Shown: positions 23,316 to 32,177 of the stretch, piece after piece
Numbering within the stretch: the stretch's first letter is position 1
Layout: every line of letters begins with the position of its first letter
Origin: an uncultured Thiotrichaceae bacterium
Lineage (GTDB): Bacteria > Pseudomonadota > Gammaproteobacteria > Beggiatoales > Beggiatoaceae
DNA: 56,795 bases
Assembly: GCA_964555395.1 (NCBI GenBank)
Contig: CAZKST010000001.1
Coordinates: forward strand, 1 to 56,795
Reading direction: 5' to 3'
Notes under the pieces: generated by a model
The model's input: the letters and a program-made list of their open reading frames with translations, nothing else
Told to the model about the DNA's origin: nothing
Databases searched by the model: none
Translations under genes and position numbers: made by a program

Positions 23316-23834
23316 CTAAATTAACGCAACTTTCGCTATTTTTTCAGTAATTTCGGGTGATAACTCGCGGGTTTCTGGTTGATTGCGCATGTGGTCAGCG
23401 GTTAAATAAAACGCTTTTTGCAAATCTTGCTGTAAAACTTCAGGAATTTGCATGTCGTGCATGGCTTGAAACATGCACAATAACCATTGATCCCGCAGAT
23501 TTTTATCAATGGGAAACGGTAAATGCTGCACACGCAAACGCGGCTGTCCACGATTTTGCTCATATAAGCCGGGACCACCAAACCACCCGCTGAGAAACTC
23601 GAACAAAACTTGCTTAATATGCGCTAAATTTTCACCGTGCATAGCGCGTAACTCTTTGACTTCAGGTAAACTATCCATATAGTTATAGAAACGTTCAACT
23701 AATTCACGCAACTTTTCCTCGCCGCCTAAACGGGCGTAAGTGCTCATAACTGGCAATTCCATTGTTTGTTTTGATTCGCACCCTTGCTCATTTTCGCCAG
23801 AGTGACAACTACAAGTGCTCGTTTCTGTGGTCAT
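23316..23834 (-). CDS. group II truncated hemoglobin-like globin with Cys-rich N-terminal extension
   Basis: The core reads YARLGGEEKLRELVERFYNYM...FLSGWFGGPGLYEQNRGQPRLRVQHLPFPI, with the proximal His in the RxxHxPFxI context. AAGGA lies 8 nt upstream of the first ATG, which supports translation of the extension MTTETSTCSCHSGENEQGCESKQ. Confidence 0.8.
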   Translation of the reverse strand: MTTETSTCSCHSGENEQGCESKQTMELPVMSTYARLGGEEKLRELVERFYNYMDSLPEVKELRAMHGENLAHIKQVLFEFLSGWFGGPGLYEQNRGQPRLRVQHLPFPIDKNLRDQWLLCMFQAMHDMQIPEVLQQDLQKAFYLTADHMRNQPETRELSPEITEKIAKVALI

Positions 23835-23981
23835 AGAGGTTATCCTTTAATGTTTTTTCATGAAGTTTTGAAAAAGCAGTATACTTAAAAAATATATTAA
23901 ATGTATTATTTTGGGTTAAAAGCTTAATTTCACAAATATAAGTCTTTATCTATTTTGCCTTTGTTAGGAATCTTACTCATT

Positions 23982-24287
23982 ATGTCGTTAACCAAAACCC
24001 TCAGTAGCCAACAAGTTCGTTTTTTACGCAGTCAGGGACACCATTTGCGCCCTGTTGTGATGATTGGACAAAAAGGGATTACTGAAAATGTTTTAAAAGA
24101 AATTGATATTGCGCTCGAGCATCACGAATTAATCAAAATTACCATTGCAGAATTAGACCGTATTGAGCGGCAATCGATTAGCGAAACGCTATGTGGTCAA
24201 ATGGGGGCGCATTTGGTGCAACTGATTGGCAGAATTAGTTTATTGTACCGTCCAGCTAAACAACCTAAGTTAGTACTTCCTAAATAA
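23982..24287 (+). CDS. yhbY: YhbY / CRS1-type RNA-binding protein
   Basis: LSSQQVRFLRSQGHHLRPVVMIGQKGITENVLKEIDIALEHHELIKI matches the YhbY signature. The track ORF starts at TTG 23955; I prefer ATG 23982. Confidence 0.88.
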   Translation: MSLTKTLSSQQVRFLRSQGHHLRPVVMIGQKGITENVLKEIDIALEHHELIKITIAELDRIERQSISETLCGQMGAHLVQLIGRISLLYRPAKQPKLVLPK

Positions 24288-24380
24288 TTCTATATCACCC
24301 ACTGTTAAATAACGTCGGTTAATGTAAAAAAACACATTTTGTGTGTGTTTTATAAGTTACCTTAATTATGGAGTTGATGT

Positions 24381-25538
24381 GTGAATCTAAAACCTTATGT
24401 TTTTAGTATAGAAGAAGAACGTAGCGCTTGGACAACGGATCATACAACATGCACACATTTTCCAACTCGAGACACTATTCTAATAGTAGATGATATCGTA
24501 GAAAACATGACGGTGTTGCACCGCTTTCTGACCAATGCGGGATTTAGAGTTTTAATTGCGCAAGATGGTAAAAGCTGTATAGATACGGTTGAACATGCGC
24601 GCCCTGATTTAGTTTTATTAGACATTATGATGCCGGTTATGAATGGTTTTCAAGTTTGTGAAATTTTGAAAAATCAATTACATACTAAAGAAATCCCTAT
24701 CATTTTCATGACGGCATTAGCGGATACCTCAGATAAAGTAAACGGTTTTCGTTTGGGCGCGGCAGATTATATTACAAAACCTTTTCAGCAAGCAGAAGTG
24801 TTGGCGCGGATTAACGCGCATTTGAATCTGTATAAACTCAAACGGCAATTACAAAAAACCAATGAAGAATTAGATGCTTTTGCGCATACCGTCGCCCATG
24901 ATTTAAAAAATCCATTAGCGGCGGTCTCTTCTTTAACTGATTTATTAATGTGCGAATATAAAAATACTGGACAAATTTCACAGCGTTCTGCTGAACGGAT
25001 GAATCTTATTTCGCGCTCAGTTAATAAAGCATTTAATATTATTGATGCGCTGCTGCTGCTTGCTGGCGTATCCCGTGGCAAAGTCGTTTCATTTGAACCG
25101 TTAGATATGAAAATAGTGGTTGATAACGCATTATTGCGTTTGCACCATTTAACCCAAGAAGCAGTCATTGAAGTACCACAGCAATGGTTTTCCTCTGTAG
25201 GTTATGCGCCATGGGTAGAAGAAATTTGGGTTAATTATTTAAGTAACGCTTTGAAATATGGCGGTAATCCAGCTTATATACAACTGGGCTCTGAAAAAGT
25301 GAACGATGGCACAACGATTAAATATTGGGTCAAAGATAACGGGGCAGGAATTCCAGATGAAGAGCAAAACCAGCTATTTACGCCATTTACCCGTTTGCAA
25401 ACGGGGCGCATTGATGGACATGGTTTAGGGTTATCTATTGTGCAACAAATTGCGGAAAAATTACACGGTGATGTAGGTGTAGAAAGTCAGCAAGGAAAGG
25501 GAAGTTTATTCTATTTTACCTTACCCGCTTTAGGTTAA
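24381..25538 (+). CDS. REC-first histidine kinase (receiver + HisKA + HATPase)
   Basis: The receiver reads ILIVDDIVENM...DLVLLDIMMPVMNGF...ADYITKPF. The H-box is FAHTVAHDLKNPL, with N/G boxes NALKYG and DNGAGIP...GHGLGLSIV. The start is GTG. Confidence 0.88.
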   Translation: MNLKPYVFSIEEERSAWTTDHTTCTHFPTRDTILIVDDIVENMTVLHRFLTNAGFRVLIAQDGKSCIDTVEHARPDLVLLDIMMPVMNGFQVCEILKNQLHTKEIPIIFMTALADTSDKVNGFRLGAADYITKPFQQAEVLARINAHLNLYKLKRQLQKTNEELDAFAHTVAHDLKNPLAAVSSLTDLLMCEYKNTGQISQRSAERMNLISRSVNKAFNIIDALLLLAGVSRGKVVSFEPLDMKIVVDNALLRLHHLTQEAVIEVPQQWFSSVGYAPWVEEIWVNYLSNALKYGGNPAYIQLGSEKVNDGTTIKYWVKDNGAGIPDEEQNQLFTPFTRLQTGRIDGHGLGLSIVQQIAEKLHGDVGVESQQGKGSLFYFTLPALG

Positions 25539-25578
25539 AATTTGTTATAAGTTAAGCAGTTGAGTAAAAAACATGCAG

Positions 25579-25604
25579 GATGGGCTAACGATAGGAAGCC
25601 CATC
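25579..25604. repeat. small palindromic (REP-like) hairpin
   Basis: GATGGGCT-N10-AGCCCATC with an 8-bp stem, 41 nt after the kinase stop. No U-tract follows. Confidence 0.45.
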
Positions 25605-25609
25605 AAAAT

Positions 25610-25746
25610 TATAGCAAACGCACTATAACTGGAGTGCAATAGCTTCAGCTATTGCCTGTGTCGCAAAAAGTAAAATACTGTTCAATCAAATAGTTAAAAA
25701 GCAATAGCTAAAGCTATTGCACTCCTTTTAAAGTGCGTTTACTATA
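25610..25746. repeat. 137-bp nested palindromic element (MITE-like / compound REP) between convergent genes
   Basis: Two 46-bp arms (25610-25655 and 25701-25746) are inverted copies with 41/46 matching by my alignment. They are separated by 45 bp. Each arm contains its own 20-bp palindrome: GCAATAGCTTCAGCTATTGC and GCAATAGCTAAAGCTATTGC. Confidence 0.8.
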
Positions 25747-25757
25747 TTGAACGCCGT

Positions 25758-27140
25758 TTATAATGCTAAAACCGCTTGTGTAAAAACATCGCCACGGTGT
25801 TCATAATTACGAAACATATCTAAACTTGCACAAGCAGGCGATAATAAAACTGCATCGCCCTTTTCCCCTAAACTTGCTGCTTGTTGTACGGCTGTTTCCA
25901 TGTCTTTGGCATAATGTACAGGAATAAAAGTTTGCAATAACGCGCCAATAATCGGGGCATCACGTCCAATAAGAACGCAGGCTTTTAACTGCTGTTTCGC
26001 TAAATTAGCTAAAGGGGTGAAATCTGCGCCTTTGCCATCACCGCCCGCAATTAAAATAATTTTCTTAGGTTTTTCTAGCCCTTGAATTGCTGCTAAAGTT
26101 GCACCGACATTTGTACCCTTTGAATCATTATACCAAGTCACGCCTTGATGCTCGCGTACCCAAACGCAGCGATGTGCTAATCCTTTGAATTCGCGCAAAG
26201 TATCCAACATGGCTGCCATTGGAATGCCGACTGCTTCCCCCAATGCCAATGCTGCCAGTGCATTTGCCCACATCACAGCACTTTGTAAACGCATTTCACT
26301 GACGGGCATTAAATACGCTATTGCATCACTTCCCGCTTGTCGCCGCACAAAATAACGTTGTTGCTCAGAAGAATCTGCCAGATAAAAATTTGTGGACTGC
26401 GTAGCATGTGCCGTCAAGCCGAAAGTCACAACTTTACGCTGGGCAAGATTGGGCAATTGTGCTTGCATCGCCATGACTATCTCATCTTCCACATTTAACA
26501 CGGCAACCCCTTGCCCCGCAAAAATCCGTTGTTTAGCTGCTGCATAGTTTTCTAAACTGTCGTATCTATCCATGTGGTCTTCGCTAATATTGAGCACCAC
26601 AGCCGCTTGCGGTTGAAAAGTATAAGTTGCCTCTAATTGAAAACTAGAAAGCTCTAAAACATACAAATCAGGGGCAGGTTCAACTAACAATTCAAGTGCA
26701 GGCGTACCTAAATTACCGCCGACTTGTACCTTCCAGCCCGCCCGCTGCGCCATTTCTCCGACCATGGTTGTCACTGTGCTTTTACCATTTGAACCCGTAA
26801 TTGCAACAATGGGCGCATTGACATAACGCGCAAATACTTCAATTTCACTGATAAAAGGAACACCTGCTTGGCGCGCCATCACCAACTCTGTAATTTCAGG
26901 AGATAAACCAGGGCTGATTAAAATTTCTTTGGCATTTAACAATATTTCGCTGTTAAAACTACCTGTACTGTAATCCACATAAGAATGCGTAGCGGCTAAT
27001 GCTTGTACTTCTTTTAAATAAGGAGGAGCAAGCCGATTATCCATAATATGCAAATCTACCTTTTTACTTGCAAGAAAACGGGCGCAAGCTAAACCCGTTT
27101 TTCCCATTCCTAGAACTACAGTTTTTGTTTTATTTTTCAT
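25758..27140 (-). CDS. murD: UDP-N-acetylmuramoylalanine--D-glutamate ligase
   Basis: 460 aa. N-terminal VLGMGKTGLACARFL, P-loop ITGSNGKSTV, and Mur ligase middle and C-terminal domains (LIAGGDGKGADF). Confidence 0.94.
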   Translation of the reverse strand: MKNKTKTVVLGMGKTGLACARFLASKKVDLHIMDNRLAPPYLKEVQALAATHSYVDYSTGSFNSEILLNAKEILISPGLSPEITELVMARQAGVPFISEIEVFARYVNAPIVAITGSNGKSTVTTMVGEMAQRAGWKVQVGGNLGTPALELLVEPAPDLYVLELSSFQLEATYTFQPQAAVVLNISEDHMDRYDSLENYAAAKQRIFAGQGVAVLNVEDEIVMAMQAQLPNLAQRKVVTFGLTAHATQSTNFYLADSSEQQRYFVRRQAGSDAIAYLMPVSEMRLQSAVMWANALAALALGEAVGIPMAAMLDTLREFKGLAHRCVWVREHQGVTWYNDSKGTNVGATLAAIQGLEKPKKIILIAGGDGKGADFTPLANLAKQQLKACVLIGRDAPIIGALLQTFIPVHYAKDMETAVQQAASLGEKGDAVLLSPACASLDMFRNYEHRGDVFTQAVLAL

Positions 27141-27153
27141 AAATTTTTCCCAT

Positions 27154-27193
27154 AAAAAAACTCCCCAACTGTTTGCACAGAAGGGGAGTTTTT
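27154..27193 (-). terminator. rho-independent terminator after the Ig-repeat lipoprotein gene, 13 nt upstream of the murD ATG
   Basis: The minus-strand RNA reads ACUCCCC-UU-CUGU-GCAA-ACAG-UU-GGGGAGU followed by UUUUUUU. It has a GNRA-type tetraloop and an interrupted 11-bp stem. It starts 19 nt after the stop at 27212. Confidence 0.7.
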
Positions 27194-27211
27194 ACATTAC
27201 ATTAGTTTAGC

Positions 27212-30200
27212 TTATGAGCTAGTGGGACGAGATAAGTAAACTGGATAACTACAACCATTTGAACCAAAGTTTGGAATTCCAACGGGTGTAATAGTAGTCC
27301 CTGTACCAGTTACTTCCATGGCTGCAAAAGGATTAGTTTGTGGGCAAGATTTATTGCTGACATCCTCTGTTGAACAGTTAGCAAAGAAGTTTGATACATT
27401 AGAACTTTCGCTCCCTTCTACTCGCACCTGAGCAGTAATGGTTGTTTGCGGTATCCAATAAGCATATTGAATTGCGTAACTGACATTAAAGTCTTTGAAT
27501 CCATTTGCATCAGTTGTGAGGGTTAAGTTATCTACAGTAATGACATTACCAGGGTCTAATTGACCATTTTGATTCAAGTCTTCACCTGTATCTAAAATAC
27601 CGTTTTTATTAACATCTTCGTTAATACATTCAGTTATATAAATGCCACCTGTATTATCTTCTGCGGGTGGTTGAGGTGTAATTGGACGGAAATAACTATT
27701 TGAGTAGATGCTTAAAGTGACTGCGGCTCCTGAAATGGGTGTGCCGTTTGAATCCGTTACTAACACAGTATGTGGAATGTTATAACGAGTACCATTTGTA
27801 CTTTTAGTCACTACATTTCCTGAGGCAATAGAAACGAAAGCACTGCGTTTAGCAACGGTTACGGTTGCTTGAGTTGAGATAGCGGTGTTATCAGCAACAG
27901 TTGCTTTAATTTTTACACCATTTGCCGCACTCGAAGTTGTTCCTGCGATATAAATCGTTTTTGCTGTACCGAAGCTGTCTGTAACAACCGAGCCTAAAGT
28001 AATCCGACCACCAGTAACATCTTCTAAAGTAAAGAGAACTTCTTTATTCTTTACTAAGTTGTTAGCAGAGTCACGAACGACTGCGACAATCTCAGTTTGC
28101 TCAGTTGTGCTACCAGCGTTATTAACCCCAATCACGGGCGTAGTTGCTTGCACATCAATCCGTGCTGCTTCAGTTGCCACGAACTCCACAGAGAATTGTG
28201 AAGAAGGACCATTGACTTTGCTGGAGCTGACAATCACTGCTCCCCGTCCAACACTGGGTGTGCTGCCTGAAGATAAAGTGAATAATGCTTGACCCGCAAA
28301 ATCTGTGACAACGTTACTTGGTAAACTACCGCGTGTTGTAGATAAGTTTAATTGTTCAGAAACTTGTGCAACACCGCTCTTTGTCCAAGTCACTTGGAAT
28401 TGCTGTTCTTGTCCTAATGGAATTAAACAGTTAGGGTTATTATTTGCATCAACTGTGACAGCAGTACAAGTGTTTGTTCTACCTTGTGGTGCAATTGGCG
28501 TGATAACGAACTTATCATCATCAATGCGTACAGTGAGAGAGGCTTCTGTAATTTTTGGAACGCCTGGTTTAGAAACCCGAATAATATCCGTACCATCTGT
28601 CAAGATATTGGTTGCTGTGAAAGCAACTTCGGCTTGTCCATTTACATTCGTTAATACGCAAAATCCAGTTGTGCCAGAAGGACAATCGGTTTTTTGTGAG
28701 CTTTCTAAGGTGTTATTTGCATCAGATTTAACCAATAACACTTGATTAGATAAAGCAACATTTAATGAATTTTGGATTGAAATTGTATAGGTTTCTTTTG
28801 AGCCTTGTGCCGCTGTAGGTAATCCTGTAATGCTCAAACGTGTGCCTGTTACTTCAATATTGATAGTTTGTGTTTTTTCCGTGCCATCACTATTGGTTAA
28901 TTTAGCAGTCACAACGATTGTCCGATTATTAGGATTAATTTCTGTAGTTAAACGTGCTTGAGCACGTCCAGACGCATCTGTTATTCCAGCCGCTGTTGTA
29001 CTGCCAGTGACCTGAACAGGAATAATTTCACCAGAGCTTGCAGAGAAATTTACTGTTACGCCAGACACTAAGTTGTTATCTTTATTTTTAACAACTGCCG
29101 TAATTAATACACCTGTTGTACCAGAGCCAGAACCTAACTCAGAAGAACTACTTAATAAAGTTAAACTTTCTACTGAAGGACGTACAGTTGTATCTCCAGC
29201 TTCTTTAAAAGTGATGTCTGCACTAGAGGTTGTGCTGTTATCTAAAGAGCCATCAGAAAGTTTGCGGGTCACAACAACCGTAAATTTTCCGACTTGGGAA
29301 TTACTAATGGTGGTTGTGAATGTTCCTGAAGTTCCCGTTGTACCTGAAAAACCTTCCGTACCAAAAATAGCTGAGCCAGAAACGTCAGGTGTATTGTTTG
29401 CTGGATTACGCACAGAAAATACTACAGGAACACCAGAAACAGGCGTGCCATTTTCTGTTCTAGCTAGTACAACTAATTTTGTTGCGGTTGTAGAGCCAAC
29501 AACTTGATTATTGTTTTCTACACTAAGTACCAATTGCAACGCTTGAGTAGAAGTCGGAACTGGATTAAATACCACATTAATGGGTGAACCTGTGACGGTC
29601 ACGCCGTTAGCGGTCGCGGTGGGAACTAAAGTATAAGTGCCTGCAACTGTGGTTGTCGCTGTGGTTGTGTATTGACCAAGCGCATTTGTTGTTCCAGAAG
29701 CCGTCGCAATTTTTAAATCACTGAAATTAGCTGAAGTTGAAATAATATCAACCGTTGCTCCTGCAATGGGTGTACGACTGTTATCTAAAGGCGTAACTGT
29801 TAATACAACACGACTTTGTCCATCGGCTAATAAAGTACTCGTTGCACTTTGTGTTAATGTAACGCTACTTGGATTTACATTGCTGCTGGCTTTGAAATAT
29901 AACAAAGCTTCGCGTGTTTGCGCTGTAGAACCTGTTGCTTCAATTGTCACAGTAATGGGTTTGTCTGCATCTGTAGCTTGTGAAGATGTAATCGCGGAAG
30001 TAAATAAACCATTCGCATCTGTTTTGCCACTGGCAGGACTTAAAACAACTGCACCATTATTGACATTACTAGAACGTAACACAATCGGCGCACCAGAGAC
30101 AGGACTGCCACCAGAATCTAACGCGACTACATTCAAAGTAATTTTTGAAGTGCCGTCAGCAGGTTGGTTATTATTCAAAATACTAAAGTTCAATTGTTCT

Positions 30201-31993
30201 ACGTTAGGGGTAGCCGCAGTAAAGCTAATAGAAACTGGTGTTGTTAAACGCGCAACTGTACTTGTTGAAACTGTTTCAGCTTCTAAACTATAAGTCCCAA
30301 CAACAGAACTGGTTGCTGTTAAAGTTGCTGTTCCAGTGCTACCCGTCGTAACTGTTGTACTACTTAAACTAATATTATTACTAAAAGGGATAATCCGAAT
30401 AGTGACATTAGATAATAAAGCATTACTACTATCACGCGCCGCAACAGTTAAAGCTACTGTTTTTCCAACGGTTTGACTGCTAGGAGAAGCCGTCATAGTG
30501 ACCTGAGTAGGTTGACGTGTTTGTGTTGTAGCTACCGCAGCAAAAGCAATTGAAACAGGGTCTGTAATCACATCATCAACTTGAGCACGCAAAGCAAAAG
30601 TTTCTGCGACAGTACTAGTCATAATAAGTTGGAAAACTCCATTAGAATTAGTAACTGGATTCGCCCCCCCTTGAATTGTTGCAGATTGAGAACTTCTTAA
30701 AATTGTAACGGTTTTTCCAGCTATTCCCGCCCCATCTTTATTTTTAACTGTCCCAGAAAGCGTAATCGTATCTGTGCCATTTGCCGTTGCAGTCGCTGGA
30801 ATTGAAACAGGTGCTTTTAATTCAATAGAAACAACTTTGCTTGCGGAATTATCTGTAGAGGTCGTTGCTGTTGCAAAAACAATCGCAACAGAATCACTAG
30901 ATTTTGTTGTTGAATCAGTACCCGAAGTAGTGTAATTCGCTTTTAAATTAACAGTTTGTGTTACTGTATTAGCAATATAAACCCTAAAGCTTCCTGTTGT
31001 ACCAGTATTACCAGAAATAAAGAATTTACCAGAAGTTCCATTTTCTAAACGTAAAGTCGCGGTTGCTGAATCACTGCTCACACCAACTGAAAGATTTTTC
31101 AATGGACTGCCAGAAGCATCACGCGGAATCACGATAACAGAAGCTTCTTCGGTTAAACCCACATTATTTTTTTCTATCAAAAGGTCAATACTATCAACCG
31201 TTACTGTTGTTCCACTACCACTAGAGCTAGAAACAGCGGTAAAAGTCACTCTTTGCTCATTAACTACGCGAGTACCCACGATAACTCGAATCAAGGCATT
31301 GGTTTGTGGCACAGTATTACTAATATTTGCACTATATTTGCCTTGAGCATCTGTTACAGCATCACTATTATTTGCTGTTACAGTTGCAAAAGAATCAGGT
31401 GTAGAAACATTGACTGCAATGCCTGAAATGGGATTGTTACTTGAATCTGTTAATGATACGGCAACTTTAATGGCATCAGTGCCATTAGCAATGGCTTGTG
31501 TTGTATTGTATAACACATTAATTTTGCCACCAAAAAGCACTGAAATATTCGTCGCACCAGTATAGTCTCCCGCCGCATTTGCGGTTAAAGTCACTTTCTC
31601 ACCGCTGGTATTGCGCAAACGAATCGTCGTTTCACCATTACTACCTGTTGTTGCCGTATAGCTCTTTGTACCACTTTCAATGATAGTTGTACTACTACCT
31701 GAAAGACTCAAATTCATTTTTACGCCTTCAACAGGCACTAAAGATGCTGAAATAGCTTTAAGTGTTAATGCGGTTTCATTACCACTGGGCAATAAATCAC
31801 CCGTGATTTCCAATGTTACTGCGGTAGGTGTCGTTGTCGTCGTACCACCACCTGATGTACTTCCTCCTGAGCTATTTGATGAAGGCTCTGTAAATAAATT
31901 ATCAGAACCACTACCACCACCGCCGCCACAAGCACTGAGGGCAGAGGCAAGGAGTAATAGCGTTAGCCATCTCCAAAATAATTGTATTAACAT
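27212..31993 (-). CDS. giant surface lipoprotein with about 13 tandem bacterial Ig-like (Big/invasin-type) domains and a C-terminal Ca-loop/Cys module
   Basis: 1593 aa. The lipobox is LLLASALSAC followed by GGGGGSGSD. There are repeated units of about 100 aa, each ending in motifs such as GEKVTLTANAAG, VAETFALRAQVD, VVGTYSLEAE, VAGTYTLVPTA and VGKFTVVVTRK. The composition is Thr/Ser/Val/Gly/Asn-rich. Confidence 0.85.
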   Translation of the reverse strand: MLIQLFWRWLTLLLLASALSACGGGGGSGSDNLFTEPSSNSSGGSTSGGGTTTTTPTAVTLEITGDLLPSGNETALTLKAISASLVPVEGVKMNLSLSGSSTTIIESGTKSYTATTGSNGETTIRLRNTSGEKVTLTANAAGDYTGATNISVLFGGKINVLYNTTQAIANGTDAIKVAVSLTDSSNNPISGIAVNVSTPDSFATVTANNSDAVTDAQGKYSANISNTVPQTNALIRVIVGTRVVNEQRVTFTAVSSSSGSGTTVTVDSIDLLIEKNNVGLTEEASVIVIPRDASGSPLKNLSVGVSSDSATATLRLENGTSGKFFISGNTGTTGSFRVYIANTVTQTVNLKANYTTSGTDSTTKSSDSVAIVFATATTSTDNSASKVVSIELKAPVSIPATATANGTDTITLSGTVKNKDGAGIAGKTVTILRSSQSATIQGGANPVTNSNGVFQLIMTSTVAETFALRAQVDDVITDPVSIAFAAVATTQTRQPTQVTMTASPSSQTVGKTVALTVAARDSSNALLSNVTIRIIPFSNNISLSSTTVTTGSTGTATLTATSSVVGTYSLEAETVSTSTVARLTTPVSISFTAATPNVEQLNFSILNNNQPADGTSKITLNVVALDSGGSPVSGAPIVLRSSNVNNGAVVLSPASGKTDANGLFTSAITSSQATDADKPITVTIEATGSTAQTREALLYFKASSNVNPSSVTLTQSATSTLLADGQSRVVLTVTPLDNSRTPIAGATVDIISTSANFSDLKIATASGTTNALGQYTTTATTTVAGTYTLVPTATANGVTVTGSPINVVFNPVPTSTQALQLVLSVENNNQVVGSTTATKLVVLARTENGTPVSGVPVVFSVRNPANNTPDVSGSAIFGTEGFSGTTGTSGTFTTTISNSQVGKFTVVVTRKLSDGSLDNSTTSSADITFKEAGDTTVRPSVESLTLLSSSSELGSGSGTTGVLITAVVKNKDNNLVSGVTVNFSASSGEIIPVQVTGSTTAAGITDASGRAQARLTTEINPNNRTIVVTAKLTNSDGTEKTQTINIEVTGTRLSITGLPTAAQGSKETYTISIQNSLNVALSNQVLLVKSDANNTLESSQKTDCPSGTTGFCVLTNVNGQAEVAFTATNILTDGTDIIRVSKPGVPKITEASLTVRIDDDKFVITPIAPQGRTNTCTAVTVDANNNPNCLIPLGQEQQFQVTWTKSGVAQVSEQLNLSTTRGSLPSNVVTDFAGQALFTLSSGSTPSVGRGAVIVSSSKVNGPSSQFSVEFVATEAARIDVQATTPVIGVNNAGSTTEQTEIVAVVRDSANNLVKNKEVLFTLEDVTGGRITLGSVVTDSFGTAKTIYIAGTTSSAANGVKIKATVADNTAISTQATVTVAKRSAFVSIASGNVVTKSTNGTRYNIPHTVLVTDSNGTPISGAAVTLSIYSNSYFRPITPQPPAEDNTGGIYITECINEDVNKNGILDTGEDLNQNGQLDPGNVITVDNLTLTTDANGFKDFNVSYAIQYAYWIPQTTITAQVRVEGSESSNVSNFFANCSTEDVSNKSCPQTNPFAAMEVTGTGTTITPVGIPNFGSNGCSYPVYLSRPTSS

Positions 31994-32085
31994 TGATATT
32001 TCCTCATGTTCGGATTTTACGAAGTAAAGACGAAAAAATAACCATTATCTGTTTTGATAATATTTGAGCATGAATTACTAAAACA

Positions 32086-32133
32086 TTTCCTAAAAATAGG
32101 AAAGCACAGTGTCATTTACTTTGACACTGTGCT
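32086..32133 (-). terminator. terminator after pilQ (two adjacent hairpins)
   Basis: AGCACAGTGTC-N9-GACACTGTGCT (32103-32133) has a perfect 11-bp stem. On the minus strand it is followed by UUCCUAUUUUUAGG. The adjacent TTTCCTA-AAAA-TAGGAAA (32086-32103) is a second palindrome. The element lies 45 nt after the pilQ stop. Confidence 0.65.
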
Positions 32134-32177
32134 CTAAAATTACGCTATTACAGAATTATAAGAACCGAAAAAAAACA

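Noticed and set aside
28059-32027. Several long plus-strand ORFs (77-175 aa) antisense to the giant Ig-repeat gene
   Set aside because: The Thr/Ser/Val/Gly/Asn-rich codon usage of the sense gene leaves the antisense frames stop-poor. The products are low-complexity and have no start context. They are artefacts.
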